A stretch of DNA of 64,000 nt from Candidatus Aenigmatarchaeota archaeon (GTDB lineage: Archaea; Aenigmatarchaeota; Aenigmatarchaeia; CG10238-14; SCSR01): the NCBI GenBank assembly GCA_038998335.1, contig JAVZHQ010000002.1, positions 1-64,000 of the forward strand, written 5' to 3'. The translations under genes and the position numbers were made by a program. The notes below the pieces were generated by a model. That model was not told where the DNA came from. It made no database searches and saw only the letters and a list, made by a program, of their open reading frames with translations. Numbering within the stretch: position 1 is the stretch's first letter; every line of letters begins with the position of its first letter. Positions 38,882 through 49,693 of this stretch are shown one piece after another.

Positions 38882-39873
38882 AAAAAATGAACAAAAATTT
38901 AATTTTTTCTTTAGTCCCGAACGTCTTTTTCTTTTTAGCTTTAGTTTATTTGATTTTTTCTGGCTTAAACACTTCTAAAGCCGTGGAAGTTGAGTTTAAC
39001 AGCTTCTTGATTTTCTTTGAAAGTTTGGAAAAAATCGATGTCTTGAAAGGCATTATAGATTCTTTCACTTTTGTAATTTTTGAAGCAATAATCCCGCTTG
39101 CTCCCTTTTTATTTCTATTAGGCTTAGGTTTTTTCCTAACTTTTCTTTTTCTTGAAAAAATCAAACCTTACTTTTTTGTTTTTCAATTAATCCTTTTGGT
39201 TTTAATTTTACTCTACACAAGATTTTCAATAATAATCTTAACTTGTTTCTTAGGAATTTTGATTTCTAGCCTTGTTTTACTTAAAGCTACAGAAAAAGAA
39301 AAAAGAGGCTTTTCTTTCGTAAAATCTTTAATATCTAAACACCTTCATTTGGTTGTTTTTTTAATAGCTATAGGTCTATTCTTGAATTCTTACATCAAGT
39401 TCGAGAGTTATAAATCAACCGTTTTAGAAGCAAACATAAAGTTTGCAGAAAGAGTAGTTCCTGACGTAAAGAATTTGGAAAATGAACTGAAGAAAAGCCA
39501 TATAGACTTAATTAACAAAACTTGTGAAGGAATAAAAAGTGGTATGATAGAATCTTACCAAAAGTTTCCTCAGGATTTAAGGGAAAATTGCGAACAAGTT
39601 CATGACTCTTCGATTTTTGTTGTCAACACAGTAAAACAAGAAGTTATAGCTCAAATAAACTCTTGGAACATAACGGAAGAAAAAATTGAAATTATACCAA
39701 AACTATTTCCAATTCTTGAGCAAAGTGTAAAAATTACTCCTTTAATTCTTGCTGTTTCTTTTTATCTCTTAGCAAGATTTGAGAACTTTTTCATTTCCTT
39801 GCTCTTTGGTTTTTTAGGGTTTTTCCTTAAACCAAAAGAAAAAAAGCAAAAAGAGATTTTAAAAAAAGCATAA
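38851..39873 (+). CDS. Polytopic membrane protein
   Basis: Multiple hydrophobic helices. Confidence 0.75.
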   Translation: MGKSNKKGKVKKMNKNLIFSLVPNVFFFLALVYLIFSGLNTSKAVEVEFNSFLIFFESLEKIDVLKGIIDSFTFVIFEAIIPLAPFLFLLGLGFFLTFLFLEKIKPYFFVFQLILLVLILLYTRFSIIILTCFLGILISSLVLLKATEKEKRGFSFVKSLISKHLHLVVFLIAIGLFLNSYIKFESYKSTVLEANIKFAERVVPDVKNLENELKKSHIDLINKTCEGIKSGMIESYQKFPQDLRENCEQVHDSSIFVVNTVKQEVIAQINSWNITEEKIEIIPKLFPILEQSVKITPLILAVSFYLLARFENFFISLLFGFLGFFLKPKEKKQKEILKKA

Positions 39874-39909
39874 AATTTATATATATAAAACAAGGTAAAA
39901 AGTGAATAT

Positions 39910-40230
39910 ATGTGGTTAGAATTCACTACATTGAGCCTTTCATCGTTTTTAGTAGCAGAGATATTTTACAGGTCTAAAATTAAAATCTTCTTAACCTTTC
40001 AAAGCTTAGAAAATGCAAGAAAAAATCTAATGAAAATAGCAGAAAGAATAAACAAAAAAGGAAGCTCAGGAGTTGTAGTAAGCATAGGAAACAAAACTTT
40101 TCACTTCCATCATTCAAGACTTGGTTGGATTTTGGCTGCAATTTCTATGGGAATCGCAAACCTTTATCTTTTTTCAGTTTCATTTGGATTAATTCTTCAT
40201 CATTTAATAAGGGAGAAAAAATTATTCTAG
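39910..40230 (+). CDS. Small membrane protein
   Basis: HFHHSRLGW motif flanked by TM segments. Confidence 0.7.
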   Translation: MWLEFTTLSLSSFLVAEIFYRSKIKIFLTFQSLENARKNLMKIAERINKKGSSGVVVSIGNKTFHFHHSRLGWILAAISMGIANLYLFSVSFGLILHHLIREKKLF

Positions 40231-40400
40231 AGCTTCATCTTAAGTTTTTCTAGAACATTTATTTGTTCATCTATTCTTTTTATCTCATTTTTTATCATTT
40301 CTTTCTGAGCAGAATCTTTTATTAAACCAAGCTTTGTGGTTAACTCTTTTTTCCTAATTTTTAACCTTTCAATTTCTTTTTCAGCATCTTCTGCTAGCAT
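40227..40400 (-). CDS. Small coiled-coil protein (57 aa)
   Basis: Manual translation MLAEDAEKEIERLKIRKKELTTKLGLIKDSAQKEMIKNEIKRIDEQINVLEKLKMKL*; abuts the stop of the upstream gene. Confidence 0.7.
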   Translation of the reverse strand: MLAEDAEKEIERLKIRKKELTTKLGLIKDSAQKEMIKNEIKRIDEQINVLEKLKMKL

Positions 40401-40838
40401 TTAAACACCTGTTTGTTTTAAGTAAGATAAAAACATTTCGTAAACTGGTAAAGTAATTTTTGATTTAAAAACTGGCTCAAGCTTTGCAATTTCCTCAAAA
40501 CTTTCAGCCAAGCTAACTTTTTCTATCAAATCCTTGCCTTCCATAATAACACTCTGAGAAAGCTTTAAATCGATTTTAGAATAGCGTGAAGCTACTAGGC
40601 CAAGAATTTTATCTATGTTGCTTATTATTATTGCTTTATAACCTTCAAGAAACTTTTTTTCCAAACCTTTTGTGTTTAGTTCTCTTTTTATTTTCACAAG
40701 GGTTGGTTCGAGAATTTCATCTCTTGCTCTTAAAAGCAAATTATCGCAAAAGTTTAGCTGGAAACGCTTAGCATCAAAAAGCTCTTGGGTTGAGATGCAC
40801 AAAGCTATAGGAGTTATGTCAGCTAAGGTTATAGGCAT
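40401..40838 (-). CDS. Hypothetical helical protein
   Basis: 145-aa ORF with GTGA RBS-like element. Confidence 0.7.
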   Translation of the reverse strand: MPITLADITPIALCISTQELFDAKRFQLNFCDNLLLRARDEILEPTLVKIKRELNTKGLEKKFLEGYKAIIISNIDKILGLVASRYSKIDLKLSQSVIMEGKDLIEKVSLAESFEEIAKLEPVFKSKITLPVYEMFLSYLKQTGV

Positions 40839-40881
40839 ATTATCACTAATTAATTTATAACTTAAAATTGTTTAAATTGTT

Positions 40882-42627
40882 GTGGTCAACATGATAAGAA
40901 GCCCTATAATAGTATGCGTAGGTCATATAGACCATGGAAAAACAACTTTGTTAGATTGTATAAGAGGTACAACTGTAACTAAGCTTGAGCCTGGGATGAT
41001 TACTCAGCATGCAGGAGCAAGTTATGTACCAATAGAAACTGTTCAAAAAATTTGTGGTGATTTGCTTCAAAAATTGAAAGTAAAGCTTGTTGTTCCTGGT
41101 TTGTTATTTCTTGACACTCCAGGACATGCGGCCTTCATAACCTTGAGAAAAAGAGGAGGAGCAGTTTCAGACCTAGCAATTTTAGTTGTTGATATAACAG
41201 AAGGATTTCAAGAGCAAACTGACGAAAGTCTAAAAGTTTTAAAAGAATTTAAAACTCCATTTGTTGTAGCAGCAACAAAAATTGATAAAATTCCTGGCTG
41301 GACTCCTGTTAAAAATTCCTGTTTTACAGAAAGTTTTAAAAGACAAAGCGAAACGGTAAAGGATGAAATAGAGAAAAGAGTTTATACTATAATCGCTCAA
41401 CTTTCTGAAAGAGGTTTTAACTCAGAAAGGTTCGATAGGGTAGAAGATTTTAGGAAGCAAGTAGCTATAGTTCCTTGCTCAGGAATAACTGGTGAAGGAA
41501 TTCCTGAATTGCTAGTTGTTCTTGCTGGCTTAGCCCAACACTTTCTTAAGGATAGACTTGAACTTTCAAGTATTGCAAAAGGGGTAGTTTTGGAAGTTAA
41601 AGAAACTGTAGGTTTTGGTATAACTATTGATGCTATCCTTTATGATGGAAGAGTTAAGAAAGGAGATTTTTTGGTTGTTGGTGGAAAAGAACCGGTAGTC
41701 ACAAAAATTAGAGCCTTATTAAGACCTAAACCATTGAGAGAGTTAAGAGTTGAAAAACAGTTTGAAAGCGTTGAAGAAGTAAGTGCAGCTGCTGGAATTA
41801 AAATTGCAGCTCCAAACTTAGAAAAAGTTATTGCTGGTTCACCGATAAGGTTTGTTAGTTCTGAAGAAGAAATAGAAAAAGCAAAAGCTGAAGTTCAAAG
41901 AGAAGTTGAAGAAGTTGAGTTTCTTAAACAAGTAGATGGGGTTATAATCAAGGCTGATACCCTTGGAAGCTTAGAAGCTATGATAAAAATTTTAACTGAA
42001 GAAAAAATTCCTATAAGGAAAGCAGAAGTTGGACATGTTACTAAACAAGATGTTATAGAAGCTCAAAATGTTTCAGACGAATTTAGAAAGGTGATTCTTG
42101 CTTTTAACGTAAAAATTTTAGAGGAAGCTAAAAGTCTTGCAAAAGATTTAGGAATAGAAATATTCCAGAACAATATAATTTACCGGTTAATAGAAGATTA
42201 CAAACAATGGTTTGAGAAGAAAAAGGAATTGAAAATAAAAGAAAAGATGGAAAAGCTTGTTTGGCCTGGGAAGATAAAAATTCTTCCTGGTTATGTTTTT
42301 AGAGTGAGCAAGCCAGCTATTTTTGGGGTTGAAGTTTTAGCAGGAAAAATTAAACCAAAGGTTTTGCTTGTTAATAAAGAAGGAAAAGAAATCGGTGAAA
42401 TAAAAGAAATCCAGAGAGAAATGCAAACTATAAGTGAAGCTAAAGCTGGAGATAAAGTTGCTATAAGTATGGAAGAACCAACAGTAGGAAGGCAAATACA
42501 CGAGGGAGAAATACTTTATGTGAAAATTCCCGAATCTGATCTAAAAGAAATTTTGACAGAATTTAAGAATCAACTTACAGAAGCTGACTTGAAAGTTATA
42601 GAAGAAATAAAAGAAATCTTATCTTAA
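40882..42627 (+). CDS. infB: Translation initiation factor aIF5B (IF-2)
   Basis: GHIDHGKTT, GMITQH, DTPGH, TKID, KADTLGSLEA. Confidence 0.97.
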   Translation: MVNMIRSPIIVCVGHIDHGKTTLLDCIRGTTVTKLEPGMITQHAGASYVPIETVQKICGDLLQKLKVKLVVPGLLFLDTPGHAAFITLRKRGGAVSDLAILVVDITEGFQEQTDESLKVLKEFKTPFVVAATKIDKIPGWTPVKNSCFTESFKRQSETVKDEIEKRVYTIIAQLSERGFNSERFDRVEDFRKQVAIVPCSGITGEGIPELLVVLAGLAQHFLKDRLELSSIAKGVVLEVKETVGFGITIDAILYDGRVKKGDFLVVGGKEPVVTKIRALLRPKPLRELRVEKQFESVEEVSAAAGIKIAAPNLEKVIAGSPIRFVSSEEEIEKAKAEVQREVEEVEFLKQVDGVIIKADTLGSLEAMIKILTEEKIPIRKAEVGHVTKQDVIEAQNVSDEFRKVILAFNVKILEEAKSLAKDLGIEIFQNNIIYRLIEDYKQWFEKKKELKIKEKMEKLVWPGKIKILPGYVFRVSKPAIFGVEVLAGKIKPKVLLVNKEGKEIGEIKEIQREMQTISEAKAGDKVAISMEEPTVGRQIHEGEILYVKIPESDLKEILTEFKNQLTEADLKVIEEIKEILS

Positions 42628-43248
42628 ATTTTTCTTTTTAGGCAAAACTAAGAAACCTATAATGCCCCCAATAATTCCACCAAAATGTGCAAATTCACTT
42701 ATGTTGTTTGGAAAATAGTACCAAAGGAGAAATATGTCAAGGAGAATATAAAATAGAACTCCTACAAAAAGCGGAACTTTAAAATTTTTAAGAGTAAAGA
42801 AAATGAAAGGTAAAGCTACTATATTTAAAAGAGGGACAAGCAAAACCGGGATTTCTTCCCATCCTGCTATTGCTCCTGCAAGAAAAATCAAGCCAAAAAT
42901 GCATGCAGAAGAACCTACCGCTAAAACAAATTGGTTTGTTAGAAATTGGATTAGAAAAAGAAAGGGTAAAGCAAAAAATCCTGAAAAAAAGTAGAAGAAA
43001 GCTAAGTTTAAACTTCCTATTTTACTTTCAACAACTGCACCTAAAGCAAGGAAGATTAGCATGTTAATTATAAGATGAATTAAGCCTGTATGAAGAAACA
43101 TGTGAGTAATTAAAGTGTAAGGTTTTGTTTGAAGATTTTCAAGGGCTAAGCCAAACTCACTTATAATATAAGGTTTATTGAAAGTAAGTAAGTAGACTGC
43201 CAAATTTATTATAAAAATTGTGTAAGTAGCTGCGGGGAACTTTTCCAT
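42619..43248 (-). CDS. Rhomboid intramembrane serine protease
   Basis: HMFLH...HL..NM, catalytic GSS, AHFGG. Confidence 0.92.
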   Translation of the reverse strand: MEKFPAATYTIFIINLAVYLLTFNKPYIISEFGLALENLQTKPYTLITHMFLHTGLIHLIINMLIFLALGAVVESKIGSLNLAFFYFFSGFFALPFLFLIQFLTNQFVLAVGSSACIFGLIFLAGAIAGWEEIPVLLVPLLNIVALPFIFFTLKNFKVPLFVGVLFYILLDIFLLWYYFPNNISEFAHFGGIIGGIIGFLVLPKKKNLR

Positions 43249-43325
43249 ACAATATAAGTTTAGTTGGTTAAAATAAATTTTTATAAAAGTTATTTTTTTA
43301 TAAGACAAATTCATTATAGATACAA

Positions 43326-43652
43326 ATGGCTATAGAGCTTCCTTATCTTGAGTTCTTGGTTGTTTTAAGTATAATTTCTATAGTTTATGTTGTAGTTATC
43401 TTAGTTCTTGTTTGGGAGTTAAGGAAAGCTATAAAAAAGATAATAGTCACGAGTAAAAAAATACTAGAAGAAGATATAGTTTCGACTTTAATTTTATGGA
43501 GTTATGAAAAGCTTAAAGCTGGGGTTCCTGAAGAAGAATTAAAAAATATTTTGCTTAAGTCAACTGTTACTAGAGCTGATGAAATTTTAGAAAAAGCAAA
43601 AGATTTGCTTTCTAGAACTATAGAAACAAAAAGTGTCTTTTCTAAAGAATAA
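43326..43652 (+). CDS. Small membrane-anchored hypothetical protein
   Basis: N-terminal TM plus helical tail. Confidence 0.65.
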   Translation: MAIELPYLEFLVVLSIISIVYVVVILVLVWELRKAIKKIIVTSKKILEEDIVSTLILWSYEKLKAGVPEEELKNILLKSTVTRADEILEKAKDLLSRTIETKSVFSKE

Positions 43653-44400
43653 ATTTTTCGATTTTTCCGATATAGGTTCCGTCTAGCAAATAGGCTTCGC
43701 ATTTTCTTATATCAAGAAAATTATTAGCAAGAATTGGGCCAATAAGTTCTTTATCTGCTATTTTATTAATTGCAATTCCGCCCAGAAGTTTGTTGAAAGT
43801 TGGAAAAATTATAATTTCTAATTTACCTACCTTTTCTAAGTTATACTTTTCTTTTACAAGTTTTTTGTTAAGCTCTCCTTTTACCCAAACTTGTTCTATA
43901 CTTCTATACCCTAAGCTGTCCTTAAATTCTACACAAGGATGAACATGCCCCATAAAAAGGTAATCGCACAGCATTAAATTTTTAGAAGGCCATGCATGAC
44001 CGTGAAAAAAACCATATTTTCCAAGTTTAAGGCCTTTTGAAGAATAAACCTTTACTTCTTTTGGAAGTATTGAAGAAATATTGTCGTCATGATTTCCTCT
44101 TACACAAATCACTTTAACTTTTTTAATTAAATGAAAGAAGAGTTTTGGGATTTCTTTAATTTCTCTAAAGCTTATACCGGGAACTTTATGTTTGACGTCG
44201 CCAAGAATCAAAAGAGTTTTTACTTTTGTTTTTTCCAAAAGAAAATCAATCATATTCTTGAACTTTTCGGCCTGTGAAGGAATAATTATTCCAGACTTAA
44301 AAAGTTCGTGCTCTAAACCCAAATGTAAATCTGCTATAACTAATACTTTTTCTTTTTTGATAAAAAGGGCTGGATAATCTCGAATAAACCTTATTTTCAT
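43642..44400 (-). CDS. Calcineurin-like metallophosphoesterase
   Basis: ADLHLG, GDVKH, GNHD, HGH, GHVHP. Confidence 0.9.
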   Translation of the reverse strand: MKIRFIRDYPALFIKKEKVLVIADLHLGLEHELFKSGIIIPSQAEKFKNMIDFLLEKTKVKTLLILGDVKHKVPGISFREIKEIPKLFFHLIKKVKVICVRGNHDDNISSILPKEVKVYSSKGLKLGKYGFFHGHAWPSKNLMLCDYLFMGHVHPCVEFKDSLGYRSIEQVWVKGELNKKLVKEKYNLEKVGKLEIIIFPTFNKLLGGIAINKIADKELIGPILANNFLDIRKCEAYLLDGTYIGKIEKFIL

Positions 44401-44455
44401 AATTCACTATAAGGAGTAAAATATATTTTTATTTTAACAGCTATAAAACTAAACT

Positions 44456-45958
44456 ATGCAAGAAGTTGGAACTGTAATTTCAACACCAGAAGCAAGCAGC
44501 ACAAGGTTTTCCTTTGTTATAAACCAGGAAAAAAACCTAGTTTTAAGGAAAGGTCAATTTGTTCAGTTAGAAACAGAGGAAGGTTTGTTAATAGCGAGAG
44601 TTTCAGAAATTTTTAAGACTAATCGCTACTTCACAAGAGCAGAGTCTGTTAGGGAATATGAAAGGTCTGGAAAGCTTTTACCAGAATTTTTTCCTGTAGA
44701 AAGGTGGGAATATTTAGTTGCAGACGCTATTCCTTTGGGAATTCTTTTTAACGAAACACAAAAAAGGGTTACTTTCCCTCCTTCACCAGGTTTAAAAGTT
44801 TTTCTAGCGGAAAGTGAGGTGCTAACTAAATTTTTAGGTTTAGACGAGAACGGACTTAACATTGGTGAAATAGAATTTCATAACTTACAAGCAAAAATAA
44901 ACTTAACGAGACTTTTCCAAAAACATTGCTCGATTCTCGCTCAAACAGGAGCAGGAAAAAGCTACTTAGTTAGTTGCTTGATAGAAGAAATTTTGGACAG
45001 GAAGGATGAGCTAGGGAAGCCAGCGATAATAGTTATAGACCCGCATGGCGAATATTTAGGTTTTGGTGAAGATGAAAAATATTTAACAAAAACAAAAATT
45101 TTTGATGAGAATACTTTAAAAATAGCTACTCATGAACTTTCTGCAAACCAAATTTGTGAATTGCAACCATTTATTTCTCCTGCTGAAAAAAGAGAATTAG
45201 CAAGAGTAATAGAAAATTTGAGAGAAGAAAAAATTGCTTATGATATGAATGATTTGATCGCTGCAATAGAAATTAGCGACATCAAGCCAAACGTTAAAGC
45301 TCCTTTGGTTTCCTGGCTTAATGACTTAAACTCTACAAACCTTTTTAGTAATGTTACAAGGCCAAGTATAGAGGAACTAGCAAAAAGTGGACAATTAAGT
45401 ATTATAGATTTGTCAAACTTTGTTCACTTGAGGGATAAACAGATAATAGTAACTTTTATAGCAAGAAAGTTATTTGAAGCAAGGAGGTCAAATCAAATTC
45501 CCCCATTCATTCTTTTTATAGAAGAAAGTCATCAGTTTTCTCCAGAAAGAGAAGAAAAGTTTCAAGCAATTTCAAAAAATATAATAGAAACTATAGCAAG
45601 AGAAGGAAGGAAATTTAATGCTTCCTTAGTTCTAATTTCTCAAAGGCCTATACAGCTAAGCGTTACAGCTTTAAGCCAGTGCAACACTTCAATACTCTTA
45701 AGAATTGTTAACCCTTATGATATAAAGCATGTTTCAGAATCTTGCGAGGCAATAAGCTCTGATATAATGGAGATGCTTCCTGGTTTAAAAGTTGGTGAAG
45801 CAATAATAACAGGAGCTGCTGTCAATTATCCCATAATTGTAAGGATAAGGAGGAGAAAAAGCAAGGAATCACCAAAAATTGGAATGAAGTTGGAAGAAGC
45901 GATACTTAAGTATGAGGAAGAGAAAAAGCAAAAGATTGAAGATTTAAAAGCATTCTAG
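44456..45958 (+). CDS. herA: HerA DNA translocase
   Basis: HAS barrel, AQTGAGKS, IDPHGEY, IEESH, AREGRKF, SQRP. Confidence 0.92.
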   Translation: MQEVGTVISTPEASSTRFSFVINQEKNLVLRKGQFVQLETEEGLLIARVSEIFKTNRYFTRAESVREYERSGKLLPEFFPVERWEYLVADAIPLGILFNETQKRVTFPPSPGLKVFLAESEVLTKFLGLDENGLNIGEIEFHNLQAKINLTRLFQKHCSILAQTGAGKSYLVSCLIEEILDRKDELGKPAIIVIDPHGEYLGFGEDEKYLTKTKIFDENTLKIATHELSANQICELQPFISPAEKRELARVIENLREEKIAYDMNDLIAAIEISDIKPNVKAPLVSWLNDLNSTNLFSNVTRPSIEELAKSGQLSIIDLSNFVHLRDKQIIVTFIARKLFEARRSNQIPPFILFIEESHQFSPEREEKFQAISKNIIETIAREGRKFNASLVLISQRPIQLSVTALSQCNTSILLRIVNPYDIKHVSESCEAISSDIMEMLPGLKVGEAIITGAAVNYPIIVRIRRRKSKESPKIGMKLEEAILKYEEEKKQKIEDLKAF

Positions 45959-48330
45959 CTTACTGCTATAACCTTAGTTGGTTCGTCTTTTTCCTTATCC
46001 CTTTCTAACCTGTAAAGATAGCCGGTAACAGCATCTTCAAGCCTTTCTTCGTGAGAAATAAGAAAGACTTGATCAACAAGTTCGCCAACTCTTGTTTTAA
46101 GAGTCAAAGCTAAATCTTCCACAGCCTTTGCATCAAGGTTGTGTGTGGGTTCGTCTAAAACAAGCCACCTTAGTTGAGGAGCTAAAACTCTAGCAAAAGC
46201 AATTCTCAAAGCCAAACAAGCTACACTTCTCTCGCCACCAGAAGCAATTCCATCTGCATTTATAAATCTTCCAGTTCTGTCTTTAAGTTGAAGAACATAA
46301 TCTCCTTCTTCTATGTTGAGTTTAATTTCTATGTAATCTCTATAAGGATAAAGTGTAGGCCAAAGTCTATTCATCTCATAATTTACTGCCTCAACAAACT
46401 CTTTTCTCATTTCTTCTTGAGTAAATTTTAAAGCTAACTCAAAAATCTTTAAGTCGTTTATGATTTTTTCAAGCTTTTTAACCTCTTCCATTTCTTTAAC
46501 TACAAAATTAAATTCATTTTCATATTCTTTCAACCTTTCTTCTTTTTCTTTTTCCAATTTTTCTAATCCAAGAATTTTTTCTTCCAATTCTTTTTCTTTC
46601 ACAAAAACTTCTCTTAATTCTTTTTCTTTTTCTTCAAGATTTCTTCCAGAAATCTTTTCTTCCACTTCAGAAATTTTAGTTTCTAAACGCTTAGCTTCTT
46701 TCATAAGTTCGTTTAATCTCTCTTTTCTTTCTTCATAATCTTTAAACCTATACCTTATAATTTCTAATTCTTGCAGAATTTCTCTAAGTTGTTTTACAGA
46801 TTTTTCTGTTTCTTCGATTTCAACCTTGAGCTTAGAATAAACTTTTTCGTTTTCTTCAATTTCTTTATTCAAATCTCTTGAATCCGTTAATAAGCTATTA
46901 TATTCCTTCTTTTTTTCTTCCAAATCTTTTATCTCTTCTAGCATTTTTTCAACTTTTCTTTTAATTTTCTCGATTTCTTCAAGCTCTTTCTCGTTTGCAG
47001 TTTTATTTTTTATCGCTTCCTCTAGTTTCTTCCTCAGTTCTTCTATTTTTCTTTCTCTTTCTCTTACGAGCAAATCCTTTTTTTCTTGAGTTAAAACAGA
47101 ATCACAAACTGGGCATTTTCCTCCAGCCGAAGAAAGTTTTTCCACACTTTCTTCCAAATCTTTTAACTTACTTTCAAACTCTTTAGCTTCTTCCAAGTAT
47201 TTTTCATTTAACGATTTTTTATTCCTGATTTTTTCTTCTAACTCTTCTAAAGAAAAACCTAAGCTTTCAAGCTCTTCTTTGACTTTGAGTTTATTTTCAA
47301 CCTCTACTCCAAGTTTCTCCATTTCTTTTTTTAGAAGATTGATTTTTGCCTTAGCTTCTGAAAGAGAATTCCCAATCTTTTCGTAATAGCTTCTCTTTTC
47401 CCTTAAACTTTCTTCTAATTCCTTCAACTTTATTTTCATTTTTTCGATTTCTTTTTCTACTTCTTCCTTACTTCTGCCTTTCAAAATTTCTTCCAAACTC
47501 TTAAGATTCTTTGTAGTTTCATCTACTGCGCTGTTTATTCCTTTTTCTTCTTTTCTCAAGTTTTCTAGAAGTTTTTCTAACTCTCCTAATTCTTTAACTT
47601 CCTCTTCCAAACTTTTTTTCTTGCTAAGCACTTCTTCAAAACTCTTTTTTAGTTCTTTTTTTTCAGAAGAAATCTGAATCAAAGAAGATTTTATTTCAGA
47701 AATGCTTTTCTTTAAATTTTCTAAATCTATTGACTCTATTATTTTCTGTTTCTCACTCTTTCTATCCAAAAGCCTGTTTGTTAGAGTTTTTGTGTTTGCT
47801 CTTGCTTCCTCAAACTTGTTTATCATCAAAAGTTCGTCTATCTTTTTCATTCTTTGGCCTTTTGGAATTGTTAGGAAATAGTCTAAAGCATTTTGTTCAG
47901 AGTAAATTGCTCTTGTAAAAAGGTCATAATCAACTTTCAAAATTTTTTCTATAGTTTCTGTTACTCTTTGTGAGTTTGGTCCTTCCAAAAGTTTTCCTTC
48001 TTCCCTTAATTCAGAATAAGTTGTTCCTTTTCCTTTCTCGATAATTCTTTTTACAGAGTATGTTTTACCGTTAGCTTCAAAGAAAACTTCTACTTCGGCT
48101 TTATTTTTTTCTGTAGGTTTGTTCATTATAATTTCATCAAGTTTAATTTTTTTACTCTGTAAATCAGGGAAATTTCCAAAAAGAGCGAAGCATATAGCAT
48201 TTAAAACAGAAGTTTTCCCGCTTCCCATTCCCCCGAACAAAGCGTTAGTTCCTTTTGAGAACCTAAACTCAGACTCTAGATGAGAACGCCAATTCTTAAG
48301 CCTAACTTTTGTTATCATTATTTCACCCAT
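45955..48330 (-). CDS. rad50: Rad50 ATPase
   Basis: GGMGSGKTS, coiled coil with CPVC hook, SGGE, LDEPT. Confidence 0.95.
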   Translation of the reverse strand: MGEIMITKVRLKNWRSHLESEFRFSKGTNALFGGMGSGKTSVLNAICFALFGNFPDLQSKKIKLDEIIMNKPTEKNKAEVEVFFEANGKTYSVKRIIEKGKGTTYSELREEGKLLEGPNSQRVTETIEKILKVDYDLFTRAIYSEQNALDYFLTIPKGQRMKKIDELLMINKFEEARANTKTLTNRLLDRKSEKQKIIESIDLENLKKSISEIKSSLIQISSEKKELKKSFEEVLSKKKSLEEEVKELGELEKLLENLRKEEKGINSAVDETTKNLKSLEEILKGRSKEEVEKEIEKMKIKLKELEESLREKRSYYEKIGNSLSEAKAKINLLKKEMEKLGVEVENKLKVKEELESLGFSLEELEEKIRNKKSLNEKYLEEAKEFESKLKDLEESVEKLSSAGGKCPVCDSVLTQEKKDLLVRERERKIEELRKKLEEAIKNKTANEKELEEIEKIKRKVEKMLEEIKDLEEKKKEYNSLLTDSRDLNKEIEENEKVYSKLKVEIEETEKSVKQLREILQELEIIRYRFKDYEERKERLNELMKEAKRLETKISEVEEKISGRNLEEKEKELREVFVKEKELEEKILGLEKLEKEKEERLKEYENEFNFVVKEMEEVKKLEKIINDLKIFELALKFTQEEMRKEFVEAVNYEMNRLWPTLYPYRDYIEIKLNIEEGDYVLQLKDRTGRFINADGIASGGERSVACLALRIAFARVLAPQLRWLVLDEPTHNLDAKAVEDLALTLKTRVGELVDQVFLISHEERLEDAVTGYLYRLERDKEKDEPTKVIAVS

Positions 48331-49592
48331 TTTTCTAAACCTTTTTGTCTTTCTAAAGATTTTTTCAAATCTTTTTCTAAAGTTAATTGTTCACCAATCA
48401 AAATGTTAAAAGCTTTTTCTATTTCGCCTTCACTTAAAATACTAAAAAATTTTTCAAAGTCATAGGTAAAGCTGAACCCAAGCTCTTCTAAATTCTTTCT
48501 TAAAATGTTTAGGCCAATTTCTTCTACAGAAAGCCTTTGTTCTCTTAAATCTCTTAAAAACTCTATTTTTCTCTCTACTTCTTTAGTTTCTAGCTCTTTG
48601 ACAAGAATTATTACAGCTCTTTCAGAAAACTTTTTCTCTATTTCTCTTAACTCTTGGTCTGAAATTTCTGTTTCTTTTCCTATAACTTTTATTCTAATTA
48701 AAGGTTTTTTCAGAAAATTTTTATCGAGAATTTTTTTAATCAAACTTTCAATTTTTTCTCTTCCCCCACATTCCAAATTAATTTCCTCATAGAAAAACCT
48801 TCTAATTTTTTCAAGCTTTTCAAAAGTAACTTTAATTTTTTCATCAATTTCAATTTTGAAAAAACCTTTTTCACTCAAAGCCTCATTTTTTTCATATTGT
48901 GTAACTATCGTACTTCCTGGAAAAAGTAAAAGAGTGTTATTTACTTTTTCCTGAGCAGAAGAGTGAACGTGCCCATCTATTATAACATCAAAACCTTTTG
49001 GAAGATTAGAAACACTTAAGCTTGGTGGTTCAAGGGGAGAATAAACATAAGGAGAAATGTTTTGATGTAAAAGCAAGATGTTAAAACAATTTTCTAAAGG
49101 TTTTGGATTCCATAGGTTTAAAACCTCTTTTGCAAACCTTTCGGGCACACCAGACATTCCATGAATCGCTACCCTTTTTCCTTCTTTTTCAAAAACTATT
49201 GTATGCTTATGTAAATGAATTAGAATTCCAGCATTTTCCAGAACTTCTACAGCATTTATCTCATCTTTTCCTTTTCTTTCATGAGTACCGTGAATTGCTA
49301 CTATTGGTAAATGAGATAAAGTCCTTTTTGAAATATCTTTCAATTCTTTTGAGGAAGAGATAAGTTTTAAGCCAGAAGACTCTTTGAGTAAAGGTTTAGT
49401 TAAAATTTTCATGGCTCTTGCCCAAGTGTCTGGCCTTGGTATTCTTGTATCAAAGATATCGCCAGCTATTAAAATTAAGTCACAATCTAGAGCTTTTTCT
49501 ATAGCTTCTTCTGCATTTTCAAAACTATCGTTTTCAAGCTCTGAGTTGTAGGCAAAGCCAAAATGAAAATCTGAAAGCACTGCTATTTTCAT
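48318..49592 (-). CDS. mre11: Mre11 nuclease
   Basis: SDFHFG, AGDIFD, HGTHE, GHVH; overlaps rad50 start. Confidence 0.93.
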   Translation of the reverse strand: MKIAVLSDFHFGFAYNSELENDSFENAEEAIEKALDCDLILIAGDIFDTRIPRPDTWARAMKILTKPLLKESSGLKLISSSKELKDISKRTLSHLPIVAIHGTHERKGKDEINAVEVLENAGILIHLHKHTIVFEKEGKRVAIHGMSGVPERFAKEVLNLWNPKPLENCFNILLLHQNISPYVYSPLEPPSLSVSNLPKGFDVIIDGHVHSSAQEKVNNTLLLFPGSTIVTQYEKNEALSEKGFFKIEIDEKIKVTFEKLEKIRRFFYEEINLECGGREKIESLIKKILDKNFLKKPLIRIKVIGKETEISDQELREIEKKFSERAVIILVKELETKEVERKIEFLRDLREQRLSVEEIGLNILRKNLEELGFSFTYDFEKFFSILSEGEIEKAFNILIGEQLTLEKDLKKSLERQKGLEKWVK

Positions 49593-49660
49593 TTTTATCT
49601 ATTTAACTAATCTTTGCTAACTTATAAAAGTTTTTAAGTATTGCAATTAAATATTTAAAA

Positions 49661-49693
49661 GTGGAGCAAATGGGCGATTCACTTCCAAGCTGA
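49661..49693 (+). other. Candidate leader uORF (V)EQMGDSLPS* upstream of proS
   Basis: GTG about 28 nt after TTTTAAG box; contains CCA (Pro). Confidence 0.35.
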
